From assembly GCA_013152475.1 (NCBI GenBank), contig JAADGH010000213.1:2271-66270 (forward strand): a stretch of DNA of 64,000 nucleotides. The letters run 5' to 3'. Below the pieces are notes generated by a model that saw only the letters and a program-made list of their open reading frames with translations, had not been told where the DNA came from and did no database searches. This DNA is from Planctomycetota bacterium (GTDB lineage Bacteria; Planctomycetota; Brocadiia; JAADGH01). Of the stretch, positions 24,900 through 35,351 are shown in pieces (the first letter of the stretch is position 1; every line of letters begins with the position of its first letter). A program made the translations under genes and the position numbers.

Positions 24900-27104
24900 A
24901 TGGCCATACGGTGGAAGAAAGCGAAAGGTCGGCGTGTCGCGCCCGAGCGGGCCCGAGCCGTCGGGAACCGGCGACGTTTCGACGCCCTTCCCTCGCCGCG
25001 GGGCATCAGCCGTGTTTTCATTATTTTGCTCTTCTACGTGGCCACGGTGGCCCTCCTCTTCTTCGGGAATCCTCCTTTGGATATTCGGCCCGGCGAGGTG
25101 GCGCACAAGCACTATATCTCCCGCGTGCGCTTTACGTGCGAAGACCAGGAGCTTACGGAGAAGCTGCGGGAGGCCAAGCGGCAGGAACAACCGAACGTCT
25201 ATGTTTCCGACAGGGGGATCGTCACGGCCATGTCGGATGCCGTGACGGCCGAGCTGAAAGGCGGCCTTCTGGCGGGGACGGGGGCGGATGGCAAGTCGTC
25301 CAAGCGAACGGCCCTGTTGGCCGAGATCAAGAAGATGGGGGCCAAGCAGGCCGCTGACGCGGTGAGGGCGATTTTCGTCGACGCCCGACGACGGGGTGTG
25401 ATCGACGACCTGAAACGGACGACGGAGACGAAGTTGAACAACCGGGTGATTGTTGTTCTCGACAAGCCGGAAGGCGTGGAACGACAGGTGCGTGTGGATG
25501 AGACCATCAGCCTGCAGAACGGCTTGAAGGAGTTTCTGAAAGAGGAGATTGGACTCCATTTTTCCAAACTTCCCGAGGAGGCAAGAACGGAGATTCTGTC
25601 CATCCTGTTGCGGAACTTCAAGTTCACGACGCTGAAACTCGATGCGGGGGAAACGGCAAAGGCCCGGGAAGAAGCGGCCAAGACCGTGCCCCCGCAGATG
25701 CGGACAATTGAAAAGGGCGCGGTGCTCCTCGCCCAGGGCGCGACGACGACGCCCTACGATGCCTATCTGCTCGAACAGGAACGTGCGGAGTACGCCCGGT
25801 CGGAGCCGGCTGTCCGGCGGATAGAGAAGCTGGTGGGCAGCATACTGCTCGTCCTGATCGCGTTTGTCATTCTGGGAGTATACATCTACCGCTTTGAGGG
25901 GTCGCTGGTTCGGTCGAATAACCGGCTCTTCATGCTTGCGACGCTCTGTTTCGCCACCCTGTTCATTGCGAAACTGTTCGTATTCAAGGCGTGGCCGCTG
26001 TTCCTGGTGCCAGTGCCTCTGGTGGGTATCATCGTGGCGCTGGCCTATGGGCAGCAGTTTGCATTGATGCTTACGTTTGCCGTCGCGGCGTTCATTGCTG
26101 TGGTTGCCGGCCACAGCTTTGATTTCTTTATTATCTTCATGGCCGGCGGTGCGGCGTCGGTGCTCGCCACACGGAATGTCCGGAACCGCACCCGGTTGAT
26201 TCACGTGGGGATCCTGGCCGGGGTGGTGCTCTGCGCGGCCACATGGACGGTGGGCCTGCTGGGGGGACAGAGAATCACGAGGCTCTTCTGGGAATCCCTT
26301 ATGTTCCGCGACGGACTCCTGGCCCTGGGCAACGGTGTTTTGGTGGGCCTGGCGGTTACGAGTCTGCTACCGCTGATCGAGAAGGCCTTTGGGATCATGA
26401 CGGACATTAGCCTCCTCGAATGGTGCGACCAGAACCAACCCCTCCTGCGCAGGCTGGTCCTCGAAGCGCCGGGGACCTATCACCACAGCCTCGTGGTCGG
26501 CAACCTGGCCGAGGCCGCTGCCGAGGCGATTGGCGCCAACGCCCTCCTGGCCAGGGCCGGGGCCTACTTCCATGACATCGGCAAGCTCAACAAACCGGAG
26601 TATTTCGTCGAGAATGTGGGCAACGACCACAGCCGTCATGACCATCTGAGCCCGACAATGAGCACACTGATTATCACCGCCCACACGAAAGACGGCGCGG
26701 AGTTGGCCGATCACTACGATCTCCCGGGCCCGATCCGGGACATGATCCTCCAGCATCACGGCACAACGCTGGTGGAGTTCTTTTACGAAAAGGCGAAGCG
26801 AATGGCGGCCGACAACGGCGGTCCCGCTGCGGACGAGGATTTCTTCCGATACCGGGGGCCGCTGCCCCGGTCCAAGGAAGCAGGGATCGTGCTCCTGGCC
26901 GACTCCGTGGAGTCGGCCTCGCGAACCCTTTCCGAGCCGACGCCCGCGCATGTGCGGCAGTTGGTTCGGGAGGTATCGGCAAAGAAGCTGATGGATTCAC
27001 AGTTCGTGGAATCGGGCCTGACGCTGACCGACATCCGGCAGGTCGAGGATGTCCTGATCCGGGGCTTGACGGCGATCTTCCACAGCCGGATTCGATATCG
27101 GTGA
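24900..27104 (+). CDS. pgpH: 7TM-receptor HD/HDIG phosphohydrolase (PgpH/YqfF-like, candidate c-di-AMP phosphodiesterase)
   Basis: Extracytoplasmic N-domain, seven hydrophobic helices, and an HD domain HHSLVVGNLAEAAAEAIGANALLARAGAYFHDIGK ... HHG. Confidence 0.85.
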   Translation: MAIRWKKAKGRRVAPERARAVGNRRRFDALPSPRGISRVFIILLFYVATVALLFFGNPPLDIRPGEVAHKHYISRVRFTCEDQELTEKLREAKRQEQPNVYVSDRGIVTAMSDAVTAELKGGLLAGTGADGKSSKRTALLAEIKKMGAKQAADAVRAIFVDARRRGVIDDLKRTTETKLNNRVIVVLDKPEGVERQVRVDETISLQNGLKEFLKEEIGLHFSKLPEEARTEILSILLRNFKFTTLKLDAGETAKAREEAAKTVPPQMRTIEKGAVLLAQGATTTPYDAYLLEQERAEYARSEPAVRRIEKLVGSILLVLIAFVILGVYIYRFEGSLVRSNNRLFMLATLCFATLFIAKLFVFKAWPLFLVPVPLVGIIVALAYGQQFALMLTFAVAAFIAVVAGHSFDFFIIFMAGGAASVLATRNVRNRTRLIHVGILAGVVLCAATWTVGLLGGQRITRLFWESLMFRDGLLALGNGVLVGLAVTSLLPLIEKAFGIMTDISLLEWCDQNQPLLRRLVLEAPGTYHHSLVVGNLAEAAAEAIGANALLARAGAYFHDIGKLNKPEYFVENVGNDHSRHDHLSPTMSTLIITAHTKDGAELADHYDLPGPIRDMILQHHGTTLVEFFYEKAKRMAADNGGPAADEDFFRYRGPLPRSKEAGIVLLADSVESASRTLSEPTPAHVRQLVREVSAKKLMDSQFVESGLTLTDIRQVEDVLIRGLTAIFHSRIRYR

Positions 27105-27119
27105 GGGGGGAACGGAAGA

Positions 27120-27578
27120 ATGAGAATTCAGATCGGCGACTTCCGGCGGGGCATGCGAATCGACCGCCGGGGGCTGACGGCGCTTCTGCGGCGCGCCTTA
27201 CGGGGGCGAAAGGGGGAGGTGAGCGTGGCCGCCGTCTCCAGACAGAAGATCCGAGCGATCAATCGGCAGTTTCTCGGACGAGATCGCGAGACGGACGTCA
27301 TTGCGTTCGATCTCGCCGATTCGGAGGAAAAGGCGAGTGGGGCGGTGATCGGAGAGATTGTGGTCTCTCTCGATCGGGCGCGATCCGAGGCCAAGCGGCG
27401 CGGTCATTCCGCGCGGGTGGAGTTGGCCCTCTATGTCGTGCACGGGGCGTTGCACCTGTTGGGAATGGACGATGCGAACGCGGCCGACGCGGCGGCGATG
27501 CGTCGAGCCGCGAGGGAGATTTTGAGAAAAGGCGGGTTCGCCCTCTCGAACTCCGCCGGGCATCTTTTGGAGGACTAA
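27120..27578 (+). CDS. ybeY: rRNA maturation endoribonuclease YbeY
   Basis: Has VVHGALHLLGMDD, a variant of the metal motif H-x3-H-x5-H. The size and the phoH/corC gene context fit YbeY. Confidence 0.9.
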   Translation: MRIQIGDFRRGMRIDRRGLTALLRRALRGRKGEVSVAAVSRQKIRAINRQFLGRDRETDVIAFDLADSEEKASGAVIGEIVVSLDRARSEAKRRGHSARVELALYVVHGALHLLGMDDANAADAAAMRRAAREILRKGGFALSNSAGHLLED

Positions 27579-27585
27579 CGGCTCC

Positions 27586-28878
27586 TTGTATCTCTACGAC
27601 AATGGTCTGACCTCGACGTTCTGGGGCCTGTGTGTGCTGTGGTGGTTGTTCTTCCTCGGCTCATCGTTCTTCGAGGTCGCTTTTGGGACCTTCTCACCGT
27701 CGCGGCTTGGCGATCGACCCTGGTGGCGCGAGCGCAGGAGCCTGCTGGAAAGGTATCTCGATAAAACCGAGCGGATGCGCCTGCTGTGCGTCGGCGCTGT
27801 GCTGGCATCCACAGTGGCCTTTAGCGTGGTGGTGAGTTTCGGTGTGTCGGAGATGGCCGACACACTGGCCGTGGGGGGCGAAAGGCCGCCCGTGCTGGTG
27901 GGCGTGTTTTTTGTTACATTGCTCTTGCTCATGGTGGGCCGGGTCTTCGGCAGGGCAGTTGGGGTGCGTTTCAACGAAGGCATTGTCTCGGGGAGTGTCC
28001 GGCTGCTGTATCCGATTTCCATCGTCTGTGAGCCGCTGCTTCGCCTTCGGGCTGCGTTCGATCACCTGCTTGCGGCCAAGGATACGTCGGTCGGCGACGA
28101 GCTGGCCGATGAGATTCGATCCGCCGTGGAGAACGGCGAGAGCGAGGAGCCGCTGGAGGATGTACACCGAGAGATGATCCAGAGCATCGTTGAGTTCCGC
28201 GATGTCGAGGTGCGCGAGATCATGACCCCGCGAACCGAGGTGGCGGGCATCGAGATCGGCACACCGCTGAGCGAGGCGCGACAGATTGTTGTGGATGAGG
28301 GGCACACCCGCCTGCCCGTCTATGAGAATGATCTGGACAACGTGGTGGGCATCCTCAACGCCAAGGACCTGATCGGACGGATCGGGCGGCCGGGATGGGA
28401 GTCGGTTCATCTGAAGGACATCATGCGGAAGGCGCGCTATATCCCGGAGACGAAAAAGATCGACGAACTCTTTGAAGAGCTCCGCGCCCAGAAGACCCAC
28501 ATGGCGATCGTCCTGGACGAGTATGGCGGCACGGCGGGTGTGGTGACCATCGAGGACATCCTTGAGGAGATCGTCGGGGAGATCGAGGACGAATATGACG
28601 CCGAAACACGGGAGGCGGTGGAGCACATCGATGCCGACACGATTGAGGTCGACGCGAGGATGCGCGTCGGGGAACTGAACGACATTCTGCCCCTTGACAT
28701 CCCAGAGGATGATGATTTCGATACGGTGGGGGGGTTCGTGTTTTCTCACCTCGGGCGGATTCCCCGAGTGGGAGAGCGATTCGATTACGGCGGTGTGGAA
28801 ATCACGGTCCTGGATGGGAGCGAGCGGTGCATCAATCGCCTGCGGCTGTCGAAGCGAAAAGGGGGGGGATCGGCCTGA
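27586..28878 (+). CDS. corC: CNNM/CorC-TlyC family protein (DUF21 TM domain, CBS pair, CorC_HlyC)
   Basis: TTG start. TM N-domain, CBS region (VREIMTPRTEV...VDEGHTRLPVYE..LDNVVGILNAKDL) and the C-terminal transporter-associated domain. Confidence 0.9.
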   Translation: MYLYDNGLTSTFWGLCVLWWLFFLGSSFFEVAFGTFSPSRLGDRPWWRERRSLLERYLDKTERMRLLCVGAVLASTVAFSVVVSFGVSEMADTLAVGGERPPVLVGVFFVTLLLLMVGRVFGRAVGVRFNEGIVSGSVRLLYPISIVCEPLLRLRAAFDHLLAAKDTSVGDELADEIRSAVENGESEEPLEDVHREMIQSIVEFRDVEVREIMTPRTEVAGIEIGTPLSEARQIVVDEGHTRLPVYENDLDNVVGILNAKDLIGRIGRPGWESVHLKDIMRKARYIPETKKIDELFEELRAQKTHMAIVLDEYGGTAGVVTIEDILEEIVGEIEDEYDAETREAVEHIDADTIEVDARMRVGELNDILPLDIPEDDDFDTVGGFVFSHLGRIPRVGERFDYGGVEITVLDGSERCINRLRLSKRKGGGSA

Positions 28879-29642
28879 TGGCCTACTGCAAATCGGAGGC
28901 GATTGTTCTCCGGCGGTTTGACTACAGCGAGACCAGCCAGATCGCATGGGTGTACACCCGCGAGTACGGCAAAGAAAAACTGATCGCCAAAGGCGCCAAG
29001 CGGTTGACCAAGAACGCCCTCGGTGCGCTGGACCCGCTGACGCACATCCACGTGGTGTATCTGGATCGTCAGAGGGAGGGCCTGCGCACGCTCACGGAGT
29101 GGGACCTGCTGGATAGTTTCTATGGTCTGAGAGAAGACCTTGACAGACTCTATCTGGCATCGTATGCTGTACAGTTGGTCAGCGATCTGACCGAGGATGG
29201 GGAAGCGAACCCGCGGGTGTTCGAGATCCTCCTTCGGGTCCTCAAGCGGTTGTGCCAGGAAGGGGATCACCGCAAACTGGTGTTTGCCTTCGAGCTGGCC
29301 TTGCTGCGGTCGGTGGGGTTCCTGCCTCGGCTGGTTCGGTGCGCCCATTGCGGGTGCGATTTGGCGGCGGGGGGGCGGAGATATTTCAGCATCCGCGAGG
29401 GGGGGGCGCTGTGTGAAGAATGCGGCGGTGTGGACACGGAAGCGAGCCCCGTTTCGCCGGCGATGCTGCCCGTTATGTCGGTGCTGGCCCATGGCGACCG
29501 GGCCCAGGTAGATCGTCTGGTTTTGCCGCCGGAGGTCGGGGTGGAGATGCGCCGCGTGATGAACATGCACCTGTCCGCCCTGCTGGGCAGGGAGCCGAAG
29601 CTGACGAAACATCTGAATTTCGAGATGAGGAAGATATCTTGA
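28878..29642 (+). CDS. recO: DNA repair protein RecO
   Basis: ATG overlaps the corC stop (TGATG). N-terminal OB fold AIVLRRFDYSETSQI. Zinc finger CAHCG..17..CEECG. Confidence 0.88.
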   Translation: MAYCKSEAIVLRRFDYSETSQIAWVYTREYGKEKLIAKGAKRLTKNALGALDPLTHIHVVYLDRQREGLRTLTEWDLLDSFYGLREDLDRLYLASYAVQLVSDLTEDGEANPRVFEILLRVLKRLCQEGDHRKLVFAFELALLRSVGFLPRLVRCAHCGCDLAAGGRRYFSIREGGALCEECGGVDTEASPVSPAMLPVMSVLAHGDRAQVDRLVLPPEVGVEMRRVMNMHLSALLGREPKLTKHLNFEMRKIS

Positions 29643-31207
29643 ACCGAAGTTGGATAGGGCCGGTTGGGGTTGTTTTGATCCTGTGCTGGACCGGCGGCGC
29701 CTGGGCCGACTGGGTCTGGCACAAGGAGCGTGGCTGGATCGAGACGGGAGCCCTGCCCCGAAACACGGACCAGGAATGGTACGACCATGCCCTGGCCCTT
29801 CTTACCGATGAGAAGTATGAAAGCGCGTTGGCAGAGTTCAAGGACCTGGCCAAGTCTTCAGGCGGGGAAGAGCTTGGGGAGCGGGCCGAGGTCCGATGCG
29901 TGGAGTGCTGCTATCGGATGGGCAAGGGGTGGGACGCTTACCGTCGGGCGGAGGCGTTCTTTGCGGCGCACCCAGGTTCGCGCTTTGCGGATGAGGTGCT
30001 GACGTTGGAGTTTCGAGCCGGGGTGGGTCTGCTGGAGCGCGAGAAACGCTCGGGCGTCACGGTGCTGGAGGCGGTATTGGCCCGCCGGGCGGACGGCCCG
30101 CTGGCCGACGACTGCTATTTCGAGATCGGGAAATATCATCAGAGAAGAAAACACTACGGCCGGGCGCAGGTTTGCTACGGGAATGTGGTGGACAAGTTTC
30201 CCGATAGCGAGCTGGCGCCGGAGGCGCTCTTCGCCGCGTCGGTCTGTGCGCTGTATAAAAGCCGCGAGCGAAGGCCGCCGGCTGTCGAAAAAATGGCGGA
30301 GGCGCAGGCGAATCTGGAGCACTACCAGAAGGCCTATGGCAAGCGGCCGGGTGCGCGGGACGTGTCGCTCTACATCCAGATTGCGGAGGGCCTCCAGCAC
30401 TACAAACAAAAGTACGAGATTCGCTTTTTCTATGGTCTGCTCTATTACGCCGGGGAGCGGTACAAGAAGGCGCTGAATACCCTCTGGAAGTGTGCGAAAA
30501 AACTGAAGGGGACGGATCTCGGAGGTGAGGCGCGGTACTATGCCGGCGAATGCCAGTTCCACATGAAACAATACTACAAGGCATTTAAGACGTTCGAGAA
30601 GTTCTTCGAGGAAAACCCGGGTCACGTTCGACAGACCGATGCGGGCAGGAGGCAGTTCGATATCTGTGCCCTCCTGAAGAAGGAGAACCTCAAGACCGCG
30701 GCGTGGGCCTATGAGCGTGTGGTGCAGCGCTCGCCGTACAGTGCTTTTGCCGATGACGCGCAGATGGAGCTGGGCAACTGTTGGTTTGAGTTGGGGAGCT
30801 ACGGCGAGGCGCGGACGGCCTACGAGGCCCTGCTGAAGGCCTACCCCGACAGCGAGTGGTACGGCGCGGCGATCTTCCAAGCGGGGCGGTGCTACCTGGA
30901 CGAAAGCAAGCACGTAAACGTCGGCACGTCACTTCAACTGAAGGCGGAGGAACGGTTCGACGAATACATCACCAAGTATCCCACGGGGATCAAGGTGGCC
31001 GATGCGCGGAACTACATGAAGGAGATCAAGGAACTGAAGGCGAAGCAGCACTTCGAGGTGGGGGAGTTCTACCTCCGGGTGAAACAGCCCGCGGCGGCCC
31101 TGGTATACTTCGAGGTGATCAAGCGCGACTTTGCGGACACGAAATGGGCTTCCCTTGCCGATGAAAAGGCAAGGAAGATTCGCAACGGGAGGCGAGGCAA
31201 GGGATGA
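29639..31207 (+). CDS. secreted tetratricopeptide-repeat protein (BamD/YbgF-like repeats)
   Basis: In-frame TTG at 29639 preceded by GAGGAAG. Signal-like VGVVLILCWTGGAWA. Has repeated TPR units with ...YY.G.C....Y..A...F. Confidence 0.7.
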   Translation: MNRSWIGPVGVVLILCWTGGAWADWVWHKERGWIETGALPRNTDQEWYDHALALLTDEKYESALAEFKDLAKSSGGEELGERAEVRCVECCYRMGKGWDAYRRAEAFFAAHPGSRFADEVLTLEFRAGVGLLEREKRSGVTVLEAVLARRADGPLADDCYFEIGKYHQRRKHYGRAQVCYGNVVDKFPDSELAPEALFAASVCALYKSRERRPPAVEKMAEAQANLEHYQKAYGKRPGARDVSLYIQIAEGLQHYKQKYEIRFFYGLLYYAGERYKKALNTLWKCAKKLKGTDLGGEARYYAGECQFHMKQYYKAFKTFEKFFEENPGHVRQTDAGRRQFDICALLKKENLKTAAWAYERVVQRSPYSAFADDAQMELGNCWFELGSYGEARTAYEALLKAYPDSEWYGAAIFQAGRCYLDESKHVNVGTSLQLKAEERFDEYITKYPTGIKVADARNYMKEIKELKAKQHFEVGEFYLRVKQPAAALVYFEVIKRDFADTKWASLADEKARKIRNGRRGKG

Positions 31208-31683
31208 GACGAAGCGCAGTCCTGCTGGTGTGCCTCTTGGCGGGGTGTGGCTACAGTTCACGGTCGGTCCTGAAGAGCGGAGTGGGATCGGTTTACGTCC
31301 CAATTTTTGACAACAAGACGTTCCGCCGCGAACTGGAGTTTTCGCTCACAGAGGCGGTGAAAAACGAGATTCTGTACAAAACCCAACTGAAGATCGCCCC
31401 AAAGAAGAAAGCCGACTCGATTCTCACGGGCGAGATTGTGGAGTATAAGGAGCGTGTCCTTACCGAGGATACCAACGATGACGTGATGGAAACGCGCGTA
31501 TTCATCTACATCAATGTTCGTTGGATTGATCAGCGCACCGGGCGTGTGATCATGAAGCGAGACCGTCTGGTGCGCCCGACGGAATTCGTTGTTGCCAAGG
31601 GGGAAACGCTTGCCACCGCGAATGCCGAGTCATTCGACGACCTGGCCGAGTTGATCGTCCAGGCGATGGAAGCGGACTGGTAG
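31204..31683 (+). CDS. lptE: LptE-like outer-membrane lipoprotein
   Basis: ATGA overlap. Lipobox LLAGCGY. The ~160 aa size and the VYVPIFDNKT...E...... pattern fit the LptE family. Confidence 0.6.
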   Translation: MRRSAVLLVCLLAGCGYSSRSVLKSGVGSVYVPIFDNKTFRRELEFSLTEAVKNEILYKTQLKIAPKKKADSILTGEIVEYKERVLTEDTNDDVMETRVFIYINVRWIDQRTGRVIMKRDRLVRPTEFVVAKGETLATANAESFDDLAELIVQAMEADW

Positions 31684-31695
31684 AAGGAGCAGGTT

Positions 31696-33723
31696 GTGGA
31701 CCCAAAAAAAACTCGCAGACCGGACCGAAGGCGTCTTCCCGACCTTGATGGGGACCAGGAGCGGCCGCCGCGGATGCGCGGTCTGCTGTTGTGGATCATT
31801 ATTTTCACAGGCGCAGCCCTGTTCGTGTACATGGTGCATAAGTCGTCGAAGGGCGAGCGGGAGAAGGCCCCGCTGAGCCAGTTTCTCACCGACCTGGATT
31901 CGGGCGCTGTGGCGGAAGTGACTGCCCGAAGCAGCGAGGTCGAATGGCGCACGCGCGAGGGCGGCAGCGTTCAGCATACGGCGAAGACCAGCCCGGACTA
32001 TATCAAGGAAATCATTAAGAAGATTGACGGGATCAACGCAAAGCACGGGCGAACCGGCGGGCAAATCGTCCTGAAATACGATCAGTCGAACGAGCTCCTG
32101 TGGGGCTTCCTCATCCAGATCTTTCCGTGGATCCTGTTCATCTTCATTGCCTGGTTTTTCCTGTTCCGGCAGCTCCGTTCTCCCGGTGGCACGGGGGGCG
32201 TGCTCTCCTTCGGCCGTAGCCGGGCGCGCCTGGCGAACAAAGAGCACACGGGCGTCACCCTCGACGACGTGGCCGGGATCGACGAGGCAAAGGAGGACGT
32301 GACGGAGATCATCGCGTTCCTGCAGAACCCCACGAAGTTTCAACGCCTGGGCGGGCGCATCCCCCGCGGCGTCCTGCTTGTCGGCCCGCCGGGCACGGGC
32401 AAGACCCTTTTGGCCAAGGCCATCGCCGGAGAGGCGGACGTGCCCTTCTTCAGCGTGAGCGGGTCGGACTTCGTCGAGATGTTCGTCGGCGTGGGCGCCT
32501 CGCGCGTCCGCGACCTCTTCCGCCAGGCGAAGGAGAACCATCCATGTATCATCTTCCTTGATGAGATCGACGCCGTGGGTCGGCGCCGCGGCTCCGGGCT
32601 CGGCGGCGGGCACGACGAACGGGAGCAGACGCTGAACGCCATCCTGGTCGAGATGGACGGCTTTGAGCGCGACGAGGGCATTATCATGCTGGCGGCCACC
32701 AATCGGCCGGATGTCCTCGATGCTGCGCTGCTCCGGCCGGGGCGGTTTGATCGCGAAATCATCATTGATATGCCGGACCTGATGGGCCGCCAGGAGATCC
32801 TGGCCGTCCATGCCCACAAGATCAAGTTGGCGTCCAATGTGGACCTGACTGTGATCGCACGGGGCACGCCGGGCTTTTCCGGGGCGGACCTGGAGGCGAT
32901 CATCAACGAGGCCGCTATCATCGCAACCATGCGCGAAAAGGAGGCCGTGACAGTCGAAGACCTCGAAGAGGCCCGCGATAAAGTTCGATGGGGGCGGCAG
33001 AAGCGCAGCAAGGTGATGGACGAGGAGGACAAGAAAATAACGGCCTATCACGAGGCCGGGCATACGCTGATTGGAAAACTAATCCCCGAGGCGGAGCCGA
33101 TCCACAAGGTGTCGATCATCCCGCAGGGCCGCGCCCTCGGCGCCACGATGTACCTGCCGGAGAAAGATCACTATCACATGCAGAAGAACAAACTCCTTGC
33201 CTACATTTGCGCCAGCCTCGGGGGGCGCGTTGCCGAGGAGATGTTTTGCGATGACATCTCGTCCGGCGCGCAGAACGACTTCGAGCAAGCCACGGAGATC
33301 GCGCGGCACATGGTCTGCAAGTGGGGCATGAGCGAGAAGATGGGGCCGATTAACTACATCGACTCCGAAGAGCACCTCTTCATCGGTCGCGAGATCACCC
33401 GCACGCGCCTGCACAGCGAGGCCACCGCCATCGCCATCGACAATGAGATCAAACGCATCATTGACGAATGCTATGAGCGGGTGCAGAAGCTCATGCTCGA
33501 TCACAAGGTGGAAGCCGAGCGCATCGCCGAAGCGCTCCTGAAACACGAAACCCTTCACAGCGGCGAGATCGATCAGGTCATGGAGGGCAGGGAAATCCAG
33601 CGGCCGCAACCCGCGCCGAAGAAACCACCGGACAAACAAGCCGAACCTGAAGCAGCGAAGGAAAAGAAACCGCACCTCGAAGGCGAGGAGCTCAGCGGCG
33701 GGCCGGAGCTGGCCAAGGCGTGA
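31696..33723 (+). CDS. ftsH: ATP-dependent zinc metalloprotease FtsH
   Basis: AAGGAG RBS and a GTG start. Has Walker [14 protein letters not shown], Walker [32 protein letters not shown] and the HEAGH zinc site. Confidence 0.96.
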   Translation: MDPKKTRRPDRRRLPDLDGDQERPPRMRGLLLWIIIFTGAALFVYMVHKSSKGEREKAPLSQFLTDLDSGAVAEVTARSSEVEWRTREGGSVQHTAKTSPDYIKEIIKKIDGINAKHGRTGGQIVLKYDQSNELLWGFLIQIFPWILFIFIAWFFLFRQLRSPGGTGGVLSFGRSRARLANKEHTGVTLDDVAGIDEAKEDVTEIIAFLQNPTKFQRLGGRIPRGVLLVGPPGTGKTLLAKAIAGEADVPFFSVSGSDFVEMFVGVGASRVRDLFRQAKENHPCIIFLDEIDAVGRRRGSGLGGGHDEREQTLNAILVEMDGFERDEGIIMLAATNRPDVLDAALLRPGRFDREIIIDMPDLMGRQEILAVHAHKIKLASNVDLTVIARGTPGFSGADLEAIINEAAIIATMREKEAVTVEDLEEARDKVRWGRQKRSKVMDEEDKKITAYHEAGHTLIGKLIPEAEPIHKVSIIPQGRALGATMYLPEKDHYHMQKNKLLAYICASLGGRVAEEMFCDDISSGAQNDFEQATEIARHMVCKWGMSEKMGPINYIDSEEHLFIGREITRTRLHSEATAIAIDNEIKRIIDECYERVQKLMLDHKVEAERIAEALLKHETLHSGEIDQVMEGREIQRPQPAPKKPPDKQAEPEAAKEKKPHLEGEELSGGPELAKA

Positions 33724-34577
33724 GCGGGGACAGGGTGCGTCGGAGGCGGAACATCCTCAAAGACCTGGGCCTGGGTCGGCGCACCCTGGTCATGGCCATC
33801 CTGAATGTCACCCCCGATTCCTTTTCAGACGGGGGGCGGTTTTTTGACCCCCCCGCCGCCGTCGCGCACGCCCGCCGCATGATCGCAGAGGGGGCGGACC
33901 TCATCGACATCGGGGGTGAATCCACCCGCCCCGGCGCAGAACGCCTGTCAGCCGAAGAGGAGCTCAAACGGGTGCTCCCGGTGATTGAGGCCCTGCGGAG
34001 CGATTCCGATGTCGCCATCTCGATCGATTCGTGGAAGGCAGGCGTGGCCCGCGAGGCCATTGCTGCCGGGGCGGATATGATCAACGACATCGGCGGCCTT
34101 CGCCTCGACGCCGCGATGGCGGAGCTGGCGGCGGAGACGGGCGCCGCCGTGGCGATCATGCACATGCAGGGCACGCCCCAGACGATGCAGAAGGACCCGA
34201 CGTACGACGATGTGGTGGAAGACATCAAGATCTTCCTACGAGAGAGCATCGAGCGCGCCCTGGCCGCAGGGGTGGATCGGGACAGCATCCTGATCGATCC
34301 CGGTATCGGCTTTGGCAAGACGCTGGAGCACAACCTGGAAATCCTGCGCCGGCTGCGTGAGTTCAGCGACTTGGGCGTGGCGGTGCTGATCGGGACGTCG
34401 CGCAAGTCGTTCCTCGGAAAGATTCTTGACGTTCGAGCGGAAAAGCGTATGATCGGCACCATGGCCACGGTGGCCCTGGCCGTGAGGGAAGGGGCGAGCG
34501 TCGTGCGCGTCCATGACGTGCGCGAAGCGGTCGAGACGGTGCGTGTGGCCGACGCGATTTGCAGACAGGGAAGCTGA
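33720..34577 (+). CDS. folP: dihydropteroate synthase
   Basis: GTGA overlap with ftsH. Has the ILNVTPDSFSDGG, DIGGESTRPG and INDI.G motifs. Confidence 0.92.
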   Translation: MSGDRVRRRRNILKDLGLGRRTLVMAILNVTPDSFSDGGRFFDPPAAVAHARRMIAEGADLIDIGGESTRPGAERLSAEEELKRVLPVIEALRSDSDVAISIDSWKAGVAREAIAAGADMINDIGGLRLDAAMAELAAETGAAVAIMHMQGTPQTMQKDPTYDDVVEDIKIFLRESIERALAAGVDRDSILIDPGIGFGKTLEHNLEILRRLREFSDLGVAVLIGTSRKSFLGKILDVRAEKRMIGTMATVALAVREGASVVRVHDVREAVETVRVADAICRQGS

Positions 34578-34581
34578 GAGC

Positions 34582-35349
34582 GTGCAGACACTGAAGCCCA
34601 TTATCGAGATCGCGCTGATTTTCCTTCCTGTGTACTGGATGCTGCGCTTCATGCAGGGCAGCATCGGCGCGGGTATCCTGCGGGGTCTCGTGCTGCTGCT
34701 GGTGGGCGCGCTGATCTTTCTGGCGGTTATTACAAAGGGGATGGCGCTCGATAACATCGAGTGGCTGGCCAAGGGATTTCTGGTCTTCACACCGATCTAC
34801 ATCGTGATTCTGTTCCACCCGGAGCTGCGGCGGGCACTGATCCGAATTGGCCAGAAACCCCTTGTCGGTCGGCTGCTCAAGAGCGAGATATCGGCGGCGT
34901 CGGAGATCGTGGAGGCCGCTATTGTCCTGAGCAAGAACAAGATCGGGGGCTTGATAGCCATCGAGCGCGACGTGGGGCTGGGCAGCTTTATCGAGCGGGG
35001 GATCAAGATCGAGGGCCAGGTCAGCAGCGAGCTGCTTGTAACGATCTTCTGGCCGGGCACGCCGCTCCACGACGGCGCGGTTGTCATACGCGGCTCGGAT
35101 GTCATTGCCGCCGGCTGCCTCTTCCCGCTGACGGAGCGGGCCGATTTCGGCAGGCCGGTGGGCACACGGCACCGCGCGGCGATCGGCATCACGGAGCAGT
35201 CCGATGCGGTCTGCGTCATCGTGTCGGAGGAAACGGGGGGGATCTCTGTTGCGGTGGAGGGGCAGATTACCCACGATCTCGACCGCGTGGCGCTGCGCAA
35301 AGTCATCGAAGAACTTACCGTGGGCACGCGCGAGACCGAGGAGCCGTAG
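34582..35349 (+). CDS. cdaA: diadenylate cyclase CdaA (three N-terminal TM helices plus DAC domain)
   Basis: In-frame GTG at 34582, 4 nt after the folP stop. Has the DAC motifs LHDGAVVI and GTRHRAAIGITEQSDA. Confidence 0.9.
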   Translation: MQTLKPIIEIALIFLPVYWMLRFMQGSIGAGILRGLVLLLVGALIFLAVITKGMALDNIEWLAKGFLVFTPIYIVILFHPELRRALIRIGQKPLVGRLLKSEISAASEIVEAAIVLSKNKIGGLIAIERDVGLGSFIERGIKIEGQVSSELLVTIFWPGTPLHDGAVVIRGSDVIAAGCLFPLTERADFGRPVGTRHRAAIGITEQSDAVCVIVSEETGGISVAVEGQITHDLDRVALRKVIEELTVGTRETEEP

Positions 35350-35351
35350 GC

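Noticed and set aside
28861-28868. G8 homopolymer at the corC 3' end, 10 nt before the recO start.
   Set aside because: It encodes the Gly run of the corC tail (KGGGS). G runs are common in this GC-rich sequence, and I see no evidence of variability.
34761-35351. N-terminal 197 aa of ORF 34761-36413, which would overlap cdaA in another frame.
   Set aside because: The translation there is Arg/Gly-rich nonsense. YbbR-like sequence begins only at the ATG at 35352, right after the cdaA stop. The same logic was used to trim ORFs 22180, 38585, 61672, 29420, 28827, 48191, 41979, 56840, 62706, 36410, 21036 and 5928.
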